A DNA stretch of 64,000 nucleotides from an uncultured Calditrichaceae bacterium (GCA_964455375.1 CAYVXE010000001.1:8201-72200); one strand, 5' to 3'; shown: positions 49,140-59,468, counted from the first letter of the stretch. Program-made: numbers and translations. The notes: generated from the letters alone by a model not told the origin.

Positions 49140-50006
49140 ATGAATGTCTCAATCCAGGATTTACTAATTGCCGGGTCTCATTTCGGCCACCTCACCCGCA
49201 GGTGGAATCCCAAAATGAAAAAATACATTTTCATGGAACGAAATGGTATCTATGTCATCGATTTAAAGAAAACTCTCGATTGTTTGCAAAAGGCGTATGA
49301 TGCGGTTGTCAATTTTGCGCGTGGCGGTGAGAAAATATTGTTTGTGGGCACAAAAAAACAAGCCACTGATATTATAAAAAATGAAGCTGAGAGATGTAAT
49401 GCTTTTTTTATGAATGACCGCTGGCCTGGCGGCACATTGACCAATTTCAGTACCATTAAAAAAAGTATCAGGCGCATGAAGCAAATCGACAAAATGGCCG
49501 GCGACGGAACCTACGACAAACTGTTGAAAAAAGAGATTTTGCGACTTGAGCGTGAAAAAGAAAAATTGGAGATTGTACTTGGTGGAATTCGCGATATGAA
49601 TACACTTCCGGGTGCAATTTTTATTGTTGATGTCAAAAAAGAAAGTATTGCAGTCGCAGAGGCCCAGAAATTAAATATCCCCATTATTGCCATGGTTGAT
49701 ACAAATTGTGATCCGGAAGTGGTGGATTACCCTATTCCATCGAATGACGATGCGTTTAAATCAATCAACCTGATCACGCGAACCATTGCCGATGCTGTAA
49801 TCGAAGGGATCAGTGCACAGGCAAAACCAAAGGATGAAACCAAATCCAAAGATGCTGTTCCAAAGCGGCAAACCGAGTCGAAAGATGATGTCATTGTAAC
49901 TGAGGACGCCGCAGAAGTCGAAGCAGTTTCCGAACTCATAAAAGAAACTGAAACTGAAACTGAAAGTGAAAGTGAAAGTGAAGAGAAAGATCAAAACGCT
50001 GAATAA
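49140..50006 (+). CDS. rpsB: 30S ribosomal protein S2 with an acidic C-terminal extension
   Basis: [19 protein letters not shown]... is an S2 N-terminus. A strong AAGGAGG SD sequence lies upstream. The C-terminal tail is ...[20 protein letters not shown]. Confidence 0.9.
   Translation: MNVSIQDLLIAGSHFGHLTRRWNPKMKKYIFMERNGIYVIDLKKTLDCLQKAYDAVVNFARGGEKILFVGTKKQATDIIKNEAERCNAFFMNDRWPGGTLTNFSTIKKSIRRMKQIDKMAGDGTYDKLLKKEILRLEREKEKLEIVLGGIRDMNTLPGAIFIVDVKKESIAVAEAQKLNIPIIAMVDTNCDPEVVDYPIPSNDDAFKSINLITRTIADAVIEGISAQAKPKDETKSKDAVPKRQTESKDDVIVTEDAAEVEAVSELIKETETETESESESEEKDQNAE
49944..49979 (+). repeat. In-frame hexanucleotide tandem repeat, (GAAACT)3(GAAAGT)3, inside the 3' end of rpsB
   Basis: The repeat was read directly. 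It encodes [12 protein letters not shown]. Confidence 0.9.
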
Positions 50007-50036
50007 AGAATCGAATATTGGGAGGGTCGTACAAAA

Positions 50037-50630
50037 ATGGCAGTAAATGCAGCAGATGTTAAAATATTACGGGAACGTACCGGCGCCGGAATCATGGAGT
50101 GTAAAGGAGCGTTGACGGACAGTGAGGGTGATATTGATAAAGCCGTTGAAATTTTAAGAAAAAAAGGTGTCGCTTCCGCTGAAAAAAGGGCAGGCAGGGA
50201 AACCAATGAAGGGATGGTGGATTCCTATATTCACCCCGGAAGTCGGCTTGGTGTTTTGGTGGAAGTAAATTGTGAAACCGATTTTGTAGCAAAGACCGAT
50301 GATTTTAAAAATTTTGTCAAAGATATCGCAATGCAGGTTGCCGCAACCAGCGCAAAGGTCGTGAGTCGTGAAGAATTTCCTCAGGACAAAATAGAAAAAG
50401 AGAAAGAAATTTATACGACACAAGCAAAGAATGAGGGCAAGCCGGAAAATATTATAGAACGCTATGTACAGGGTAAATTGGAGAAATTTTTTCAGGAATC
50501 CGTTTTACTCGAACAAAGCTTTATTAAGGATCCAAATAAAAGTATTAAAGATTTACTGGCCGAGGTGATTGCAAAGACCGGCGAGAATATTCAGGTTAAA
50601 CGATTTGTTCGTTTCCAATTGGGTGAATGA
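50037..50630 (+). CDS. tsf: Elongation factor Ts
   Basis: The N-terminal UBA-like motif [19 protein letters not shown], and the conserved order rpsB then tsf. Confidence 0.9.
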   Translation: MAVNAADVKILRERTGAGIMECKGALTDSEGDIDKAVEILRKKGVASAEKRAGRETNEGMVDSYIHPGSRLGVLVEVNCETDFVAKTDDFKNFVKDIAMQVAATSAKVVSREEFPQDKIEKEKEIYTTQAKNEGKPENIIERYVQGKLEKFFQESVLLEQSFIKDPNKSIKDLLAEVIAKTGENIQVKRFVRFQLGE

Positions 50631-50652
50631 AATTATCGTTCACCCTTTTTTT
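50621..50652 (+). terminator. Rho-independent terminator overlapping the tsf stop codon
   Basis: The 7-bp stem GGGTGAA/TTCACCC with an 11-nt loop is followed by TTTTTTT. Confidence 0.55.
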
Positions 50653-50676
50653 ATAAGTAAACAATCAAAGGAGTAC

Positions 50677-51387
50677 ATTACGTATAAACGTGTTTTGATA
50701 AAACTCAGTGGTGAAGCTCTCATGGGCGAGCAAGGCTTAGGTATCGATCCTTTGATTGTTGAAAATATCGCCGTTGAGATAAAAGAAGTCAATGAGATGG
50801 GGGTTGAAGTTGGCATCGTTATCGGTGGTGGAAATTTTTTTCGTGGTTTGTCGGCAAGTGCCAGAGGCATGGACCGAGTCTCTGCAGATTATATGGGCAT
50901 GCTGGCGACGGTTATCAATGCGATGGCGTTACAAGATTATTTAGAACGGAATGACGTTTATACGCGTGTTCTTACTGCTATAAAAATGGAAGAGGTTGCG
51001 GAACCATTTATTCGCCGACGAGCGATTCGTCATTTGGAAAAAGGCCGCGTGGTTGTTTTTGCCGCCGGAACCGGTAATCCCTATTTTACGACCGATACTG
51101 CCGCTGCACTGCGCGCTGTCGAAATTGAGGCGGATGTCATTATTAAGGCAACAAAGGTTGACGGTGTCTATGACTCCGATCCTATGCAGAATCCCAAAGC
51201 AGTAAAATATGATGAGTTGACTTACATGGATGTGGTTAAACGTCGGTTGAAAGTGATGGACAGTACGGCTGTTACTCTTTGCATGGATAATGATTTGCCA
51301 ATTGTTGTTTTTAATTTGAATCAACGAGGCTATTTAAAGCGTGTGATTGAATGCGAGCCTTTAGGAACTAAAATCAGCGGGGCTTAA
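50677..51387 (+). CDS. pyrH: Uridylate (UMP) kinase. The start codon is uncertain: candidates are an ATT at 50677 and a GTG at 50623.
   Basis: [13 protein letters not shown]...GGGNFFRG... are the UMP kinase signature motifs. See the findings for the start-codon problem. Confidence 0.85.
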   Translation: MTYKRVLIKLSGEALMGEQGLGIDPLIVENIAVEIKEVNEMGVEVGIVIGGGNFFRGLSASARGMDRVSADYMGMLATVINAMALQDYLERNDVYTRVLTAIKMEEVAEPFIRRRAIRHLEKGRVVVFAAGTGNPYFTTDTAAALRAVEIEADVIIKATKVDGVYDSDPMQNPKAVKYDELTYMDVVKRRLKVMDSTAVTLCMDNDLPIVVFNLNQRGYLKRVIECEPLGTKISGA

Positions 51388-51389
51388 CC

Positions 51390-51950
51390 ATGGAAATTAA
51401 AGAAACCAAAAATGATGCGGAAAGCCGCATGAAAAAAGCTGTTGAAAGTACACGCAGTGAATTGGCGAAAATAAGAACGGGAAAGGCCTCTCCGGCTTTG
51501 GTTGATGGAATTAAGGTTCCTTATTACGGGTCATCCGTACCATTAAAACAGGTGGCGAGTGTCAATACTCCTGAGCCCCGGTTGTTAACCATTCAACCCT
51601 GGGAAAAAAATTTGATTGGTGAGATTGAAAAAGCAATCATGAAATCTGATTTGGGTTTAAATCCGGTTAATGATGGAATTCTCATCCGATTGCCAATTCC
51701 GCAACTTACTGAGGATAGACGTAAAGACCTGGTTAAAGTGTGCCACAAAATTGCTGAGGAAGGGCGCATCGCCGTTCGAAATATTCGACGCGACGCCAAT
51801 GAGTCTTTGAAAAAGACCGAGAAAGAACACGACATTTCCGAAGACCAATATCATACGGCTATTGACGATATCCAACAGTTGACAGACAAATATATCAAAG
51901 AAATCGATGATATCTTAAAGTCTAAAGAAAATGAGGTTATGGAAGTTTAA
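51390..51950 (+). CDS. frr: Ribosome recycling factor
   Basis: A 186-aa protein. The conserved order tsf, pyrH, frr is preserved, and the C-terminus is a charged helix. Confidence 0.9.
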   Translation: MEIKETKNDAESRMKKAVESTRSELAKIRTGKASPALVDGIKVPYYGSSVPLKQVASVNTPEPRLLTIQPWEKNLIGEIEKAIMKSDLGLNPVNDGILIRLPIPQLTEDRRKDLVKVCHKIAEEGRIAVRNIRRDANESLKKTEKEHDISEDQYHTAIDDIQQLTDKYIKEIDDILKSKENEVMEV

Positions 51951-52322
51951 TTTTTAGAAACACAATTTATTTAAATGCCGTCGATTTTTTGGACACTCCG
52001 TCATCGTATTGTAAACAATCCACCGACCGAACGAAAACCGGCTTGCGGCTCATTCCTCAATCGCTGTCCTATTTCAGAATCCACCCTTACGATTGTAAGG
52101 TTAAAAACTGCTACTCAGTTGACGAACGGTCATTGTAAAACATCGAGTAGTCTCCCAAATTTTTTTTAGATTCCAAGTTTTAGTGTTTTGATAATTACTG
52201 TTTCGCTGCATTAAGCCGTTTTGGTTCCTGTTCAAGAGTCAGTGGATTTTAGTTTGTATTTTATCGGAAATTTAGTTATTTTTTTATTGTACAATTAAAG
52301 AACGGAATGTTGAAAGAAAAAT

Positions 52323-53282
52323 ATGATTTATAAAATGCGAATCTTCCTGGTGATGGTCATGATTCAAATATTCTCCGGCGCTCTTGTCGGTGCACAGACG
52401 CCTATTGACAGGACGCCTGTTGTTATAAAGTATCTTGCCATGATTCCGGGGAGTGTCGATTCAACATTCGTTTTATCTAACCCCCAGGCAATTTCAGCCG
52501 ATATTGACGGCAATATCTATTTAGCCGATACCGGGCAGAACCGGTTACTGAAATTGAATGCGAAGGGCAAATTACTTGATTCCGTGGGAGGGTTCGGTTG
52601 GGAGCATCAACAGTTTGACCGCCCGTTGGATGTGTCTGCTAAAACGGGGTTGGATGTGTTTGTGGCCGACTATAACAATGAGCGTATTGAGCGTTATGAT
52701 AAAGATTTGAATTTTATTTCCACGTTAAGTTCCGCGGATGTTGTGGACAGTGCGTTGAAATTTGGTTTTCCTTCCGGTGTGGATTTGTCCAGGCATGGTG
52801 AATTGTTTGTCTGTGATACGGAGAATAATCGTATTTTAAAAGTGAATTCATTTGGTGAGCCTCTCCTGAGTTTCGGTGATTTTAACTGGGGCAACGGGGA
52901 ACTGCAATTTCCGTTTAAATTGTATGTGAGTGATCATGACATCGTTTATGTGGCCGACCGGGAGTCGAATCAAATTGTCGTATTTGATTATTATGGTAAT
53001 TATATCACACGGTTTGGTGAGTCGATTCTGGAACAGCCCGGGGGACTCATCTGGTGGCACGAATTTTTGTTGGTTGCAGACTCCGGGCACGACCGGGTTG
53101 TGGTTTTCAATCGTAATTATGAGCTCGTTTTCAAGTGGGGGAGCAAGGGGGATAAAATCGGTGCATTTAACAATCCTGCGGATGTTACTGCGTGGGATGA
53201 TAAAGTCTATGTCTGTGACTCAAATAATAATCGTGTGGAAATATTTCAATTACATTTCGATGATTTAAGGAAAAATCAATAG
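52323..53282 (+). CDS. Secreted NHL-repeat (six-bladed beta-propeller) protein
   Basis: A signal peptide is followed by six repeats of the form (V/L)AD...N(R/Q)(I/V)...(F/Y). Confidence 0.75.
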   Translation: MIYKMRIFLVMVMIQIFSGALVGAQTPIDRTPVVIKYLAMIPGSVDSTFVLSNPQAISADIDGNIYLADTGQNRLLKLNAKGKLLDSVGGFGWEHQQFDRPLDVSAKTGLDVFVADYNNERIERYDKDLNFISTLSSADVVDSALKFGFPSGVDLSRHGELFVCDTENNRILKVNSFGEPLLSFGDFNWGNGELQFPFKLYVSDHDIVYVADRESNQIVVFDYYGNYITRFGESILEQPGGLIWWHEFLLVADSGHDRVVVFNRNYELVFKWGSKGDKIGAFNNPADVTAWDDKVYVCDSNNNRVEIFQLHFDDLRKNQ

Positions 53283-53388
53283 GAGGTCAGCTTAAAATTT
53301 TGATACAAAAATAACCTGATAATCTGTTTGACGTTTCATTGCAAACGATTTTCATTTTAATATTAAAACGCTGACTTTCTGTTTTATT

Positions 53389-56300
53389 GTGAAGATTCGA
53401 TTCAATAGCATTTGTGTTGTCATCTTTCTGCTTGTGGGTTTGTGTTTAAAACTTTTTGCACAAACGTCACATTCAAGCAATCCTTTTTCTCTTCTTTTTC
53501 GAAAAGAAATTAAATTCCCGGTCCAAAATTCTAAACTAACGTATGCGCTGCCGGATAGTTTTATCGTACCAGGCTCTCAAACCGTGTGGCTGGACTCCGT
53601 GGAGATGAAACCGGACATAAATTATAAATTCGATTTTATTGCCGGAATGATCTTCTTTCAGCAGCGTTTAAGCAAGGCAAAGCAGATTCGTCTCTCGTAT
53701 GATTTGTTTCCATTCACACTAAAGCAAAAATACCGTCATCGTTCTCCGGTGCGCGAAAATAACAGCCGCTCATCACAAAAGTTACATGCGAACCGTTCCA
53801 GCAAAATATATAAACCGAATCCATTAACTCAAAATATTATTCCGTCGCGGTTAAGGAAAAGCGGCAGCATCATCCGCGGATTGTCGGTAGGAACGAACCA
53901 GAATTTGCAGGTAAATTCCGGTCTGCGGCTGCAATTGTCCGGGCAGTTGACGCAAAATGTCGAAATTGTCGCATCCCTCACCGACCAAAATACACCCATT
54001 CAACCAGAAGGCAATACGCAGACCCTGCAGGAAATCGATAAAGTTTTTATTCAATTAAAGGGGCCGCATTTACAGGCGACTTTTGGCGACTTTATCCTCA
54101 AGTTACCCGATCATGAGTTTACGAGGTACAATCGCAAATTGGAAGGAATTATGGGACGTGGAAAGTATGACCATGTGAACTTTACGGTTTCCGGTGCTGT
54201 GTCTCGCGGTCAGTTCGCAACAAATGAATTTCAAGGCAAAGAGGGTAATCAGGGGCCTTACCAATTGACGGGGAAGAATGGTGAAGTCAATATTCTGGTT
54301 TTATCCGGTACGGAACGTGTCTGGATAGATGGCGAACAAATGACCAGAGGTGAAAACAACGACTACATTATTGAATATGGCAACGGCCAGATCACCTTTA
54401 CCAGAAAACGGCTGATTACGGCAGACTCCAGAATTGTCGTCGATTTTCAGTTTTCAGATGAGAGTTTTCAACGCAATTATTGGGCTGTTCAGGCAGAGTC
54501 ACAGGTGTGGAAAAATAAAATCCGCCTGGGAACCACGTTCATCCGGGAAAGCGACGATAAAAATAACCCGTTAACTCTCTCTCTCTCAGATGATTTATTG
54601 ACTGCGCTGGAAAATGCAGGAGACGGTCAGCCAATCGTCCCGGGCTCGAAATTTGTCGGTGCCGACAGCGGAAATTATGTGATGGAGGGCCCCGGAATTT
54701 TTAAATTTGTTGGCACAAAACAGGGCGATTACACCGTGACGTTTTCATTTTTCGGCGCTAACAAAGGTGATTACCGCAATATCGGTTTGGGGCGTTTTGA
54801 ATATGTCGGGGAGAACCAGGGCAGTTACCGTCCTTTTATTTTGTTGCCGAAAGCACAACGGCACGATATGGTGGGCTTTAATGTCGGTATTTCGCCGGGC
54901 GCCGGGCTGACCGTAAACAGCGAATTTGCTATTAGTCAATTCGATCAGAATACCTATTCTTCACGGGATGATGGAAATAATACCGGGAATGCATATTCGA
55001 TCAAGTTCGACTTCAAGCCGGAAAACGTATCTTTAGGAAAGCTAAAATTAGGTGAATTTAGTTTAACCGGCAAACTGCGAAGAAAACAGCCAAATTTTCG
55101 TGATATTGACCGCACCACCATCGCCGAGTTTAATCGCAAGTGGAATTTGGAAAATCCCAAACTGACGACGGAAGAATCCATTCAGGAATTTGCAGGAAAA
55201 TACCGTCCGGTGTCCGGTTTGATATTTAAGAGCGGTTTTGGTCATTTACGCAAAGCCGCTGTTTTTAATTCGAATCGCTGGGAAGCACAGACAATCCTCT
55301 CAAGAAAGAAACTGCCGAAAATGAATTATTTTGTGGAGTTTATTGACCGTAATGACAAACTCGTTCAGCAAAAAAGTACCTGGCTGCGGCAGCGGGGGCA
55401 GGCTCATTATCAGCTTGGCTTCCTGAAACCGAATTTTAGCTATGAGGGGGAGGTTAAGAAAGACGTCCCTGCAGACACCACTGAAACCGGTTTCCGCTTT
55501 GATTCATATACGCCGGGTCTGGAGGCGCATTTGTGGAAGCCTTTGTTTCTCTCTGCACGTTACAATGTCAGGGATGACAAACAGCGCGTGGCCGGAGGAT
55601 TCAGACCCAAATCTATCGCCAAGACACAAACGTATTCGCTGGACTTAAAACGCTGGCATGCGTTCAATATTTCGGCTGCTTTTACCCACCGAAATCGAGC
55701 ATTTTCCGATAGCAGTAGCCGTGACATCCGCTCTGATTTGGCGGATATTCGCATAGGTTACACACCGAGAAATGGTGGTGTGAAAGGCAATGTTAATTAT
55801 CAAATCTCCAACACGCAAATTGCCAGCCAGGAAGAAGTGTTTATCGAAGTGGAAGAAGGACAAGGGAATTTCCGGTTTAATGAGATGCGCAATGAATTCG
55901 AACCAGATCCATTTGGAAATTTCGTAAAACGGCTTTTTTCGACGAAAAATTTTACTCCCGTGGTGGAACTGCGATTTCGCACCGCTCTACGGTTTTCGGC
56001 ACAAAAACTCTTCTGGAGAAGGCAAAAAAATTCCGGGAAGAAATCTTTCCTGCAAAAAATAGCCGCGCCTGTTTCCACTGAGACATTTTTGAGAATCGAT
56101 GAACGAACGCGGGAGAAAGATGTCGCAAAAATATATCTCTTGCAGTTAAGTCATTTTCAACAGGATTCCACAACTGTGTTTGGTAATATGGAATTGCGCC
56201 AGGATGTCTATTTGTGGGAAAATAGCCGCCAACTTTCTTTTCGTTACCGCTTTCGCAGCCGTTCTGAGTTGAACAATCAGCTCGTTGACGGCGGGCAGGA

Positions 56301-56832
56301 TCGCGATGTCCGGGAACACAAATTCAGATTTTTGCATCGCCTGACGAATCGAATTACGTCGCAGGTGGAGTTTACCCATTCTTCCGAAGATAAGCTGTTC
56401 AAATCCGCGTCCAGGGAAGACCGCAGAATTCGGTCAAACGACGTGCAGTTAGATTTGGTCTTCAGACCGAGACCGAGAATGGAACTCGGTTTGAAAGGCC
56501 AGTTTAGCCGCAATAAGGACATAGCCAAAAGTCCGGCAACCCGGGCTGATCTTTTCTCATTTGCGCCAAGGGCAAATTATTCTTTGAGCAATAAAGGACG
56601 CCTGCGGTCAGAACTGCAATGGACGTATGTGTCCACGTCACCAAAAACCGTATTGATCCCGTTTGAGTTAACCAACGGCAATAGAAGCGGCACCACGCTG
56701 CGGTGGAATGTTGGATTGGACTACCGTCTTTCGCAAAATGTACAGGCATCGTTTACTTACTTTGGGCGCAGCGAGCCCGACAGACCAAAAACGCAGCATA
56801 TCGCCAGAGTGGAAATGCGGGCGTTTTTTTAA
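53389..56832 (+). CDS. Large (1147 aa) secreted/outer-membrane protein of unknown function. It starts with GTG and is beta-rich.
   Basis: A signal peptide (...KLFAQTS) and a long beta-rich sequence with a high Arg/Asn/Gln/Phe content. It ends ...VEMRAFF, an aromatic C-terminus like an OMP beta-signal. It sits immediately upstream of an Omp85-family gene. Confidence 0.45.
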   Translation: MKIRFNSICVVIFLLVGLCLKLFAQTSHSSNPFSLLFRKEIKFPVQNSKLTYALPDSFIVPGSQTVWLDSVEMKPDINYKFDFIAGMIFFQQRLSKAKQIRLSYDLFPFTLKQKYRHRSPVRENNSRSSQKLHANRSSKIYKPNPLTQNIIPSRLRKSGSIIRGLSVGTNQNLQVNSGLRLQLSGQLTQNVEIVASLTDQNTPIQPEGNTQTLQEIDKVFIQLKGPHLQATFGDFILKLPDHEFTRYNRKLEGIMGRGKYDHVNFTVSGAVSRGQFATNEFQGKEGNQGPYQLTGKNGEVNILVLSGTERVWIDGEQMTRGENNDYIIEYGNGQITFTRKRLITADSRIVVDFQFSDESFQRNYWAVQAESQVWKNKIRLGTTFIRESDDKNNPLTLSLSDDLLTALENAGDGQPIVPGSKFVGADSGNYVMEGPGIFKFVGTKQGDYTVTFSFFGANKGDYRNIGLGRFEYVGENQGSYRPFILLPKAQRHDMVGFNVGISPGAGLTVNSEFAISQFDQNTYSSRDDGNNTGNAYSIKFDFKPENVSLGKLKLGEFSLTGKLRRKQPNFRDIDRTTIAEFNRKWNLENPKLTTEESIQEFAGKYRPVSGLIFKSGFGHLRKAAVFNSNRWEAQTILSRKKLPKMNYFVEFIDRNDKLVQQKSTWLRQRGQAHYQLGFLKPNFSYEGEVKKDVPADTTETGFRFDSYTPGLEAHLWKPLFLSARYNVRDDKQRVAGGFRPKSIAKTQTYSLDLKRWHAFNISAAFTHRNRAFSDSSSRDIRSDLADIRIGYTPRNGGVKGNVNYQISNTQIASQEEVFIEVEEGQGNFRFNEMRNEFEPDPFGNFVKRLFSTKNFTPVVELRFRTALRFSAQKLFWRRQKNSGKKSFLQKIAAPVSTETFLRIDERTREKDVAKIYLLQLSHFQQDSTTVFGNMELRQDVYLWENSRQLSFRYRFRSRSELNNQLVDGGQDRDVREHKFRFLHRLTNRITSQVEFTHSSEDKLFKSASREDRRIRSNDVQLDLVFRPRPRMELGLKGQFSRNKDIAKSPATRADLFSFAPRANYSLSNKGRLRSELQWTYVSTSPKTVLIPFELTNGNRSGTTLRWNVGLDYRLSQNVQASFTYFGRSEPDRPKTQHIARVEMRAFF

Positions 56833-56841
56833 TTTCAAAAG

Positions 56842-58629
56842 ATGTTTATGAAGAAGTTTCTGCAAATCATATCTTTGTGTGCCCTAATTTTAGGCGTCAG
56901 AGCATTGTCGGTTTCGGCTGCTCCCGCTCATAAAGCGGCGTTGAAATCATTCCGGTTTCATGGGCTAAACCGCGTGAGTAAGTCGAAAGTCGTAGCCTGG
57001 TCGGGGTTCCAAAAAGGTGCATTGCTGACGGAAAAGATGGTTATTGACCGATGTCTAAAAACCTTGCAGCATTTTAGAGAAGCGGGGTACTATTTTGCCG
57101 GCATTGATTCCGTCAATTATCGTTTTAATAAAGATTCAACGCAAACAGAGATCGATATTTTCTTTGATGAAGGGGATTTGCTTTATGTACAGGATTTTCA
57201 GATTACCGGGCTGCCGCAGGAGAACGAAGCATTGTTTGATGATTTGCAAACGCGTCATGGGGAGCCGTTTTCGTCTGATAAACTTGAAGGAGACATTGAG
57301 TGGATTTTGAACTTTTTTGAAGAAACCGGGTATCCGTTTTGTCAGGTGAAGGTTGAAAAACTCGATCTGATTAAAGGCGAGCAACCCGGAATTTCAATTT
57401 GGTTGCAGATGAAAACCGGGCGGCAGGTGACCATTGACCAGATTGAGGTTCATGGAAACGAACTAACGAAAGCGAATGTGATTTTGCGCGAAATCGGGAC
57501 TCATGTTGGAGAGATTTATGATCAAAGAAAAATCGACAATATTAAGCCTAAGTTGGAAAAACTGGAACTGTTCAAATGGGTCAATCCACCGAAGCTGGTG
57601 GTTTCTGAGGGAGGAAAGGGAAAGCTGGTTATCGAATTGGCAGAGGGCAACTACAATCGTTTTGATGGGGTGGTCGGGTACAATCCGGGAACAGCCACGG
57701 AATCTGGATTCCTGACCGGGTTTCTGAATTTTTCATTTGGAAATCTGTTTGGTACCGCCCGGCAAATCGACGCCCGCTGGGAACGGCGAACAGAGAAAAC
57801 GCAAAATTTGTATTTTCGTTACCTGGAACCGTGGGTTGGCGGAATTCCGTTGCGTACATCGTTTCATTTTCAACAACTTATTCGGGACACCAGTTATGTG
57901 GAACGCGGCGTGGGGCTCGAATTGAGATATTTTTATAGCGATCGCTTTTCTCTGTTTTCTGAAGTTTCGTCACGCACAATTTCCCCTGATTCACTGGGTG
58001 CTCTGCGATTGGGCGTTCAACCGAGCAGTGCGGTGAATTTAAAAATTGGGTTTTCATTTAGCACACTGGATAATTATTTGAATCCCGGCAAAGGAGTACA
58101 ATATCAGACCGCGTTTGCCTGGAGCCGGAAAAATATAAAGACGAACGCCGGTCAGGAAAAATTTGAGCCTCAGGGAAATGTGAATCAGAAGCGAATTTCG
58201 ATTGATTTTGAATCCTATTTTTCCTTATTTAAATGGCAGGTTCTTGCCGTTGGATTACATGGGAGGAAAATAAGCAGCGGTGAAGCGGTCGTGCCGTTAA
58301 GCGACCAATACCGATTCGGTGGAACGCTTACGTTGCGCGGCTATCGTGAGGATCAGTTTCGCGGCACAAGCATTGGGTGGGGAAACTTTGAATATCGGTA
58401 TTTGTTAGGCCCGCTTTCACGTTTTTTTCTTTTTCTGGATGTGGGTTACTTCTCATTGGACAAACTGCAGAACAATTCGAAACTAAGTGTCAGTGACAGA
58501 AAAATCGGCTATGGTTTTGGTTTACGCCTTGACACCAAACTTGGTTTGCTGGGCATTGATTACGGTCTTGGGGAAGGAGATAGTTTTTCGAACGCCAAAA
58601 TACATATCGGGTTAAAGAATGAATTCTAA
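56842..58629 (+). CDS. Omp85-family outer-membrane protein with POTRA domains (TamA/BamA-like)
   Basis: A signal peptide, N-terminal POTRA-like repeats, the conserved barrel motif GGTLTLRGYREDQFRG, and a C-terminal ...KIHIGLKNEF beta-signal. Confidence 0.8.
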   Translation: MFMKKFLQIISLCALILGVRALSVSAAPAHKAALKSFRFHGLNRVSKSKVVAWSGFQKGALLTEKMVIDRCLKTLQHFREAGYYFAGIDSVNYRFNKDSTQTEIDIFFDEGDLLYVQDFQITGLPQENEALFDDLQTRHGEPFSSDKLEGDIEWILNFFEETGYPFCQVKVEKLDLIKGEQPGISIWLQMKTGRQVTIDQIEVHGNELTKANVILREIGTHVGEIYDQRKIDNIKPKLEKLELFKWVNPPKLVVSEGGKGKLVIELAEGNYNRFDGVVGYNPGTATESGFLTGFLNFSFGNLFGTARQIDARWERRTEKTQNLYFRYLEPWVGGIPLRTSFHFQQLIRDTSYVERGVGLELRYFYSDRFSLFSEVSSRTISPDSLGALRLGVQPSSAVNLKIGFSFSTLDNYLNPGKGVQYQTAFAWSRKNIKTNAGQEKFEPQGNVNQKRISIDFESYFSLFKWQVLAVGLHGRKISSGEAVVPLSDQYRFGGTLTLRGYREDQFRGTSIGWGNFEYRYLLGPLSRFFLFLDVGYFSLDKLQNNSKLSVSDRKIGYGFGLRLDTKLGLLGIDYGLGEGDSFSNAKIHIGLKNEF

Positions 58630-59455
58630 GCTTTTTGCGTGTCTGAAGTTATGCCGTCCTGTGAATATTCTCATTGGAGCAGCCACGGTTTTTGTTGGAG
58701 TTGTCCTGACGCAAAAAATCCAGCCGCTCATGAATGTCGTTTTAGCCTGTGCGTCCGGCAGTTTAATCATGGCGGGGGGGAATGCTTTAAATGATGTTTT
58801 TGACAGTGAAATTGATAGGATAAATAAGCCGCAGCGTCCAATTCCTTCAGGAGAATTGACACTGAAAACGGCAGCTATTTTGTCTGTTATTTTATTTGTT
58901 CTGGGAATTTGTCTTAGTATATTAATTAATTTTTGGGCAATAGTTGTTGCTGTTTTTGCCACTCTGATTTTATTTTTATATGATGCATTCTTGAAACGCG
59001 TTTGCTGTATTGGAAATATCCTCGTAAGTTTACTGACGGCATTTGCGTTTATTTACGGCGCGGTCGCGGTGGGAAAATGGCATGCAGCAATTTTTCCGGC
59101 ACTATTTGCTTTTCTGTTTCATCTTGGTCGTGAAATTATTAAAGATGTCGAAGATGAGGCAGGGGATAAGGTGTATTCCGCAAAGACACTTTCTATCAAG
59201 TATGGTAAAAAAGTTGCGCTTTTAACTGCAACGGTCGTGTATGTTCTGCTGATAATTTTGACGTTTGTGCCGTATTATTTTCATATTTATAATCATTATT
59301 ATTTTTGGATTGTTCTTTTCGGTGTGGATATGGTTTTAGCAGCAACAATTTTTTTCTTGTGGAGTTTTTATTCCAAAACAATGTTGCAGCGAATTTCAGT
59401 GGTTTTGAAAGCGGACATGGTCGTCGGTCTTTTAGCAATTTATGTGGGAATTTAA
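58619..59455 (+). CDS. UbiA-superfamily prenyltransferase that looks like a DGGGP synthase
   Basis: Two Asp-rich motifs, NALNDVFDSEIDRINKPQRPIPSG and IKDVEDEAGD, in a 278-aa protein with eight or nine TM helices. Confidence 0.7.
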   Translation: MNSKLFACLKLCRPVNILIGAATVFVGVVLTQKIQPLMNVVLACASGSLIMAGGNALNDVFDSEIDRINKPQRPIPSGELTLKTAAILSVILFVLGICLSILINFWAIVVAVFATLILFLYDAFLKRVCCIGNILVSLLTAFAFIYGAVAVGKWHAAIFPALFAFLFHLGREIIKDVEDEAGDKVYSAKTLSIKYGKKVALLTATVVYVLLIILTFVPYYFHIYNHYYFWIVLFGVDMVLAATIFFLWSFYSKTMLQRISVVLKADMVVGLLAIYVGI

Positions 59456-59468
59456 CAGGAAATAATTC

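Noticed and set aside
49944-49979. A short, regularly spaced repeat that could have been mistaken for a CRISPR-like or mobile-element repeat
   Set aside because: It is a 6-nt microsatellite inside rpsB, in frame and coding. There are no spacers and no cas genes.
55400-56950. A dense cluster of short ORFs on the minus strand inside the 1147-aa gene
   Set aside because: All are antisense to one long uninterrupted + strand ORF that has a signal peptide and a C-terminal beta-signal. They arise because composition lowers stop-codon frequency on the opposite strand.
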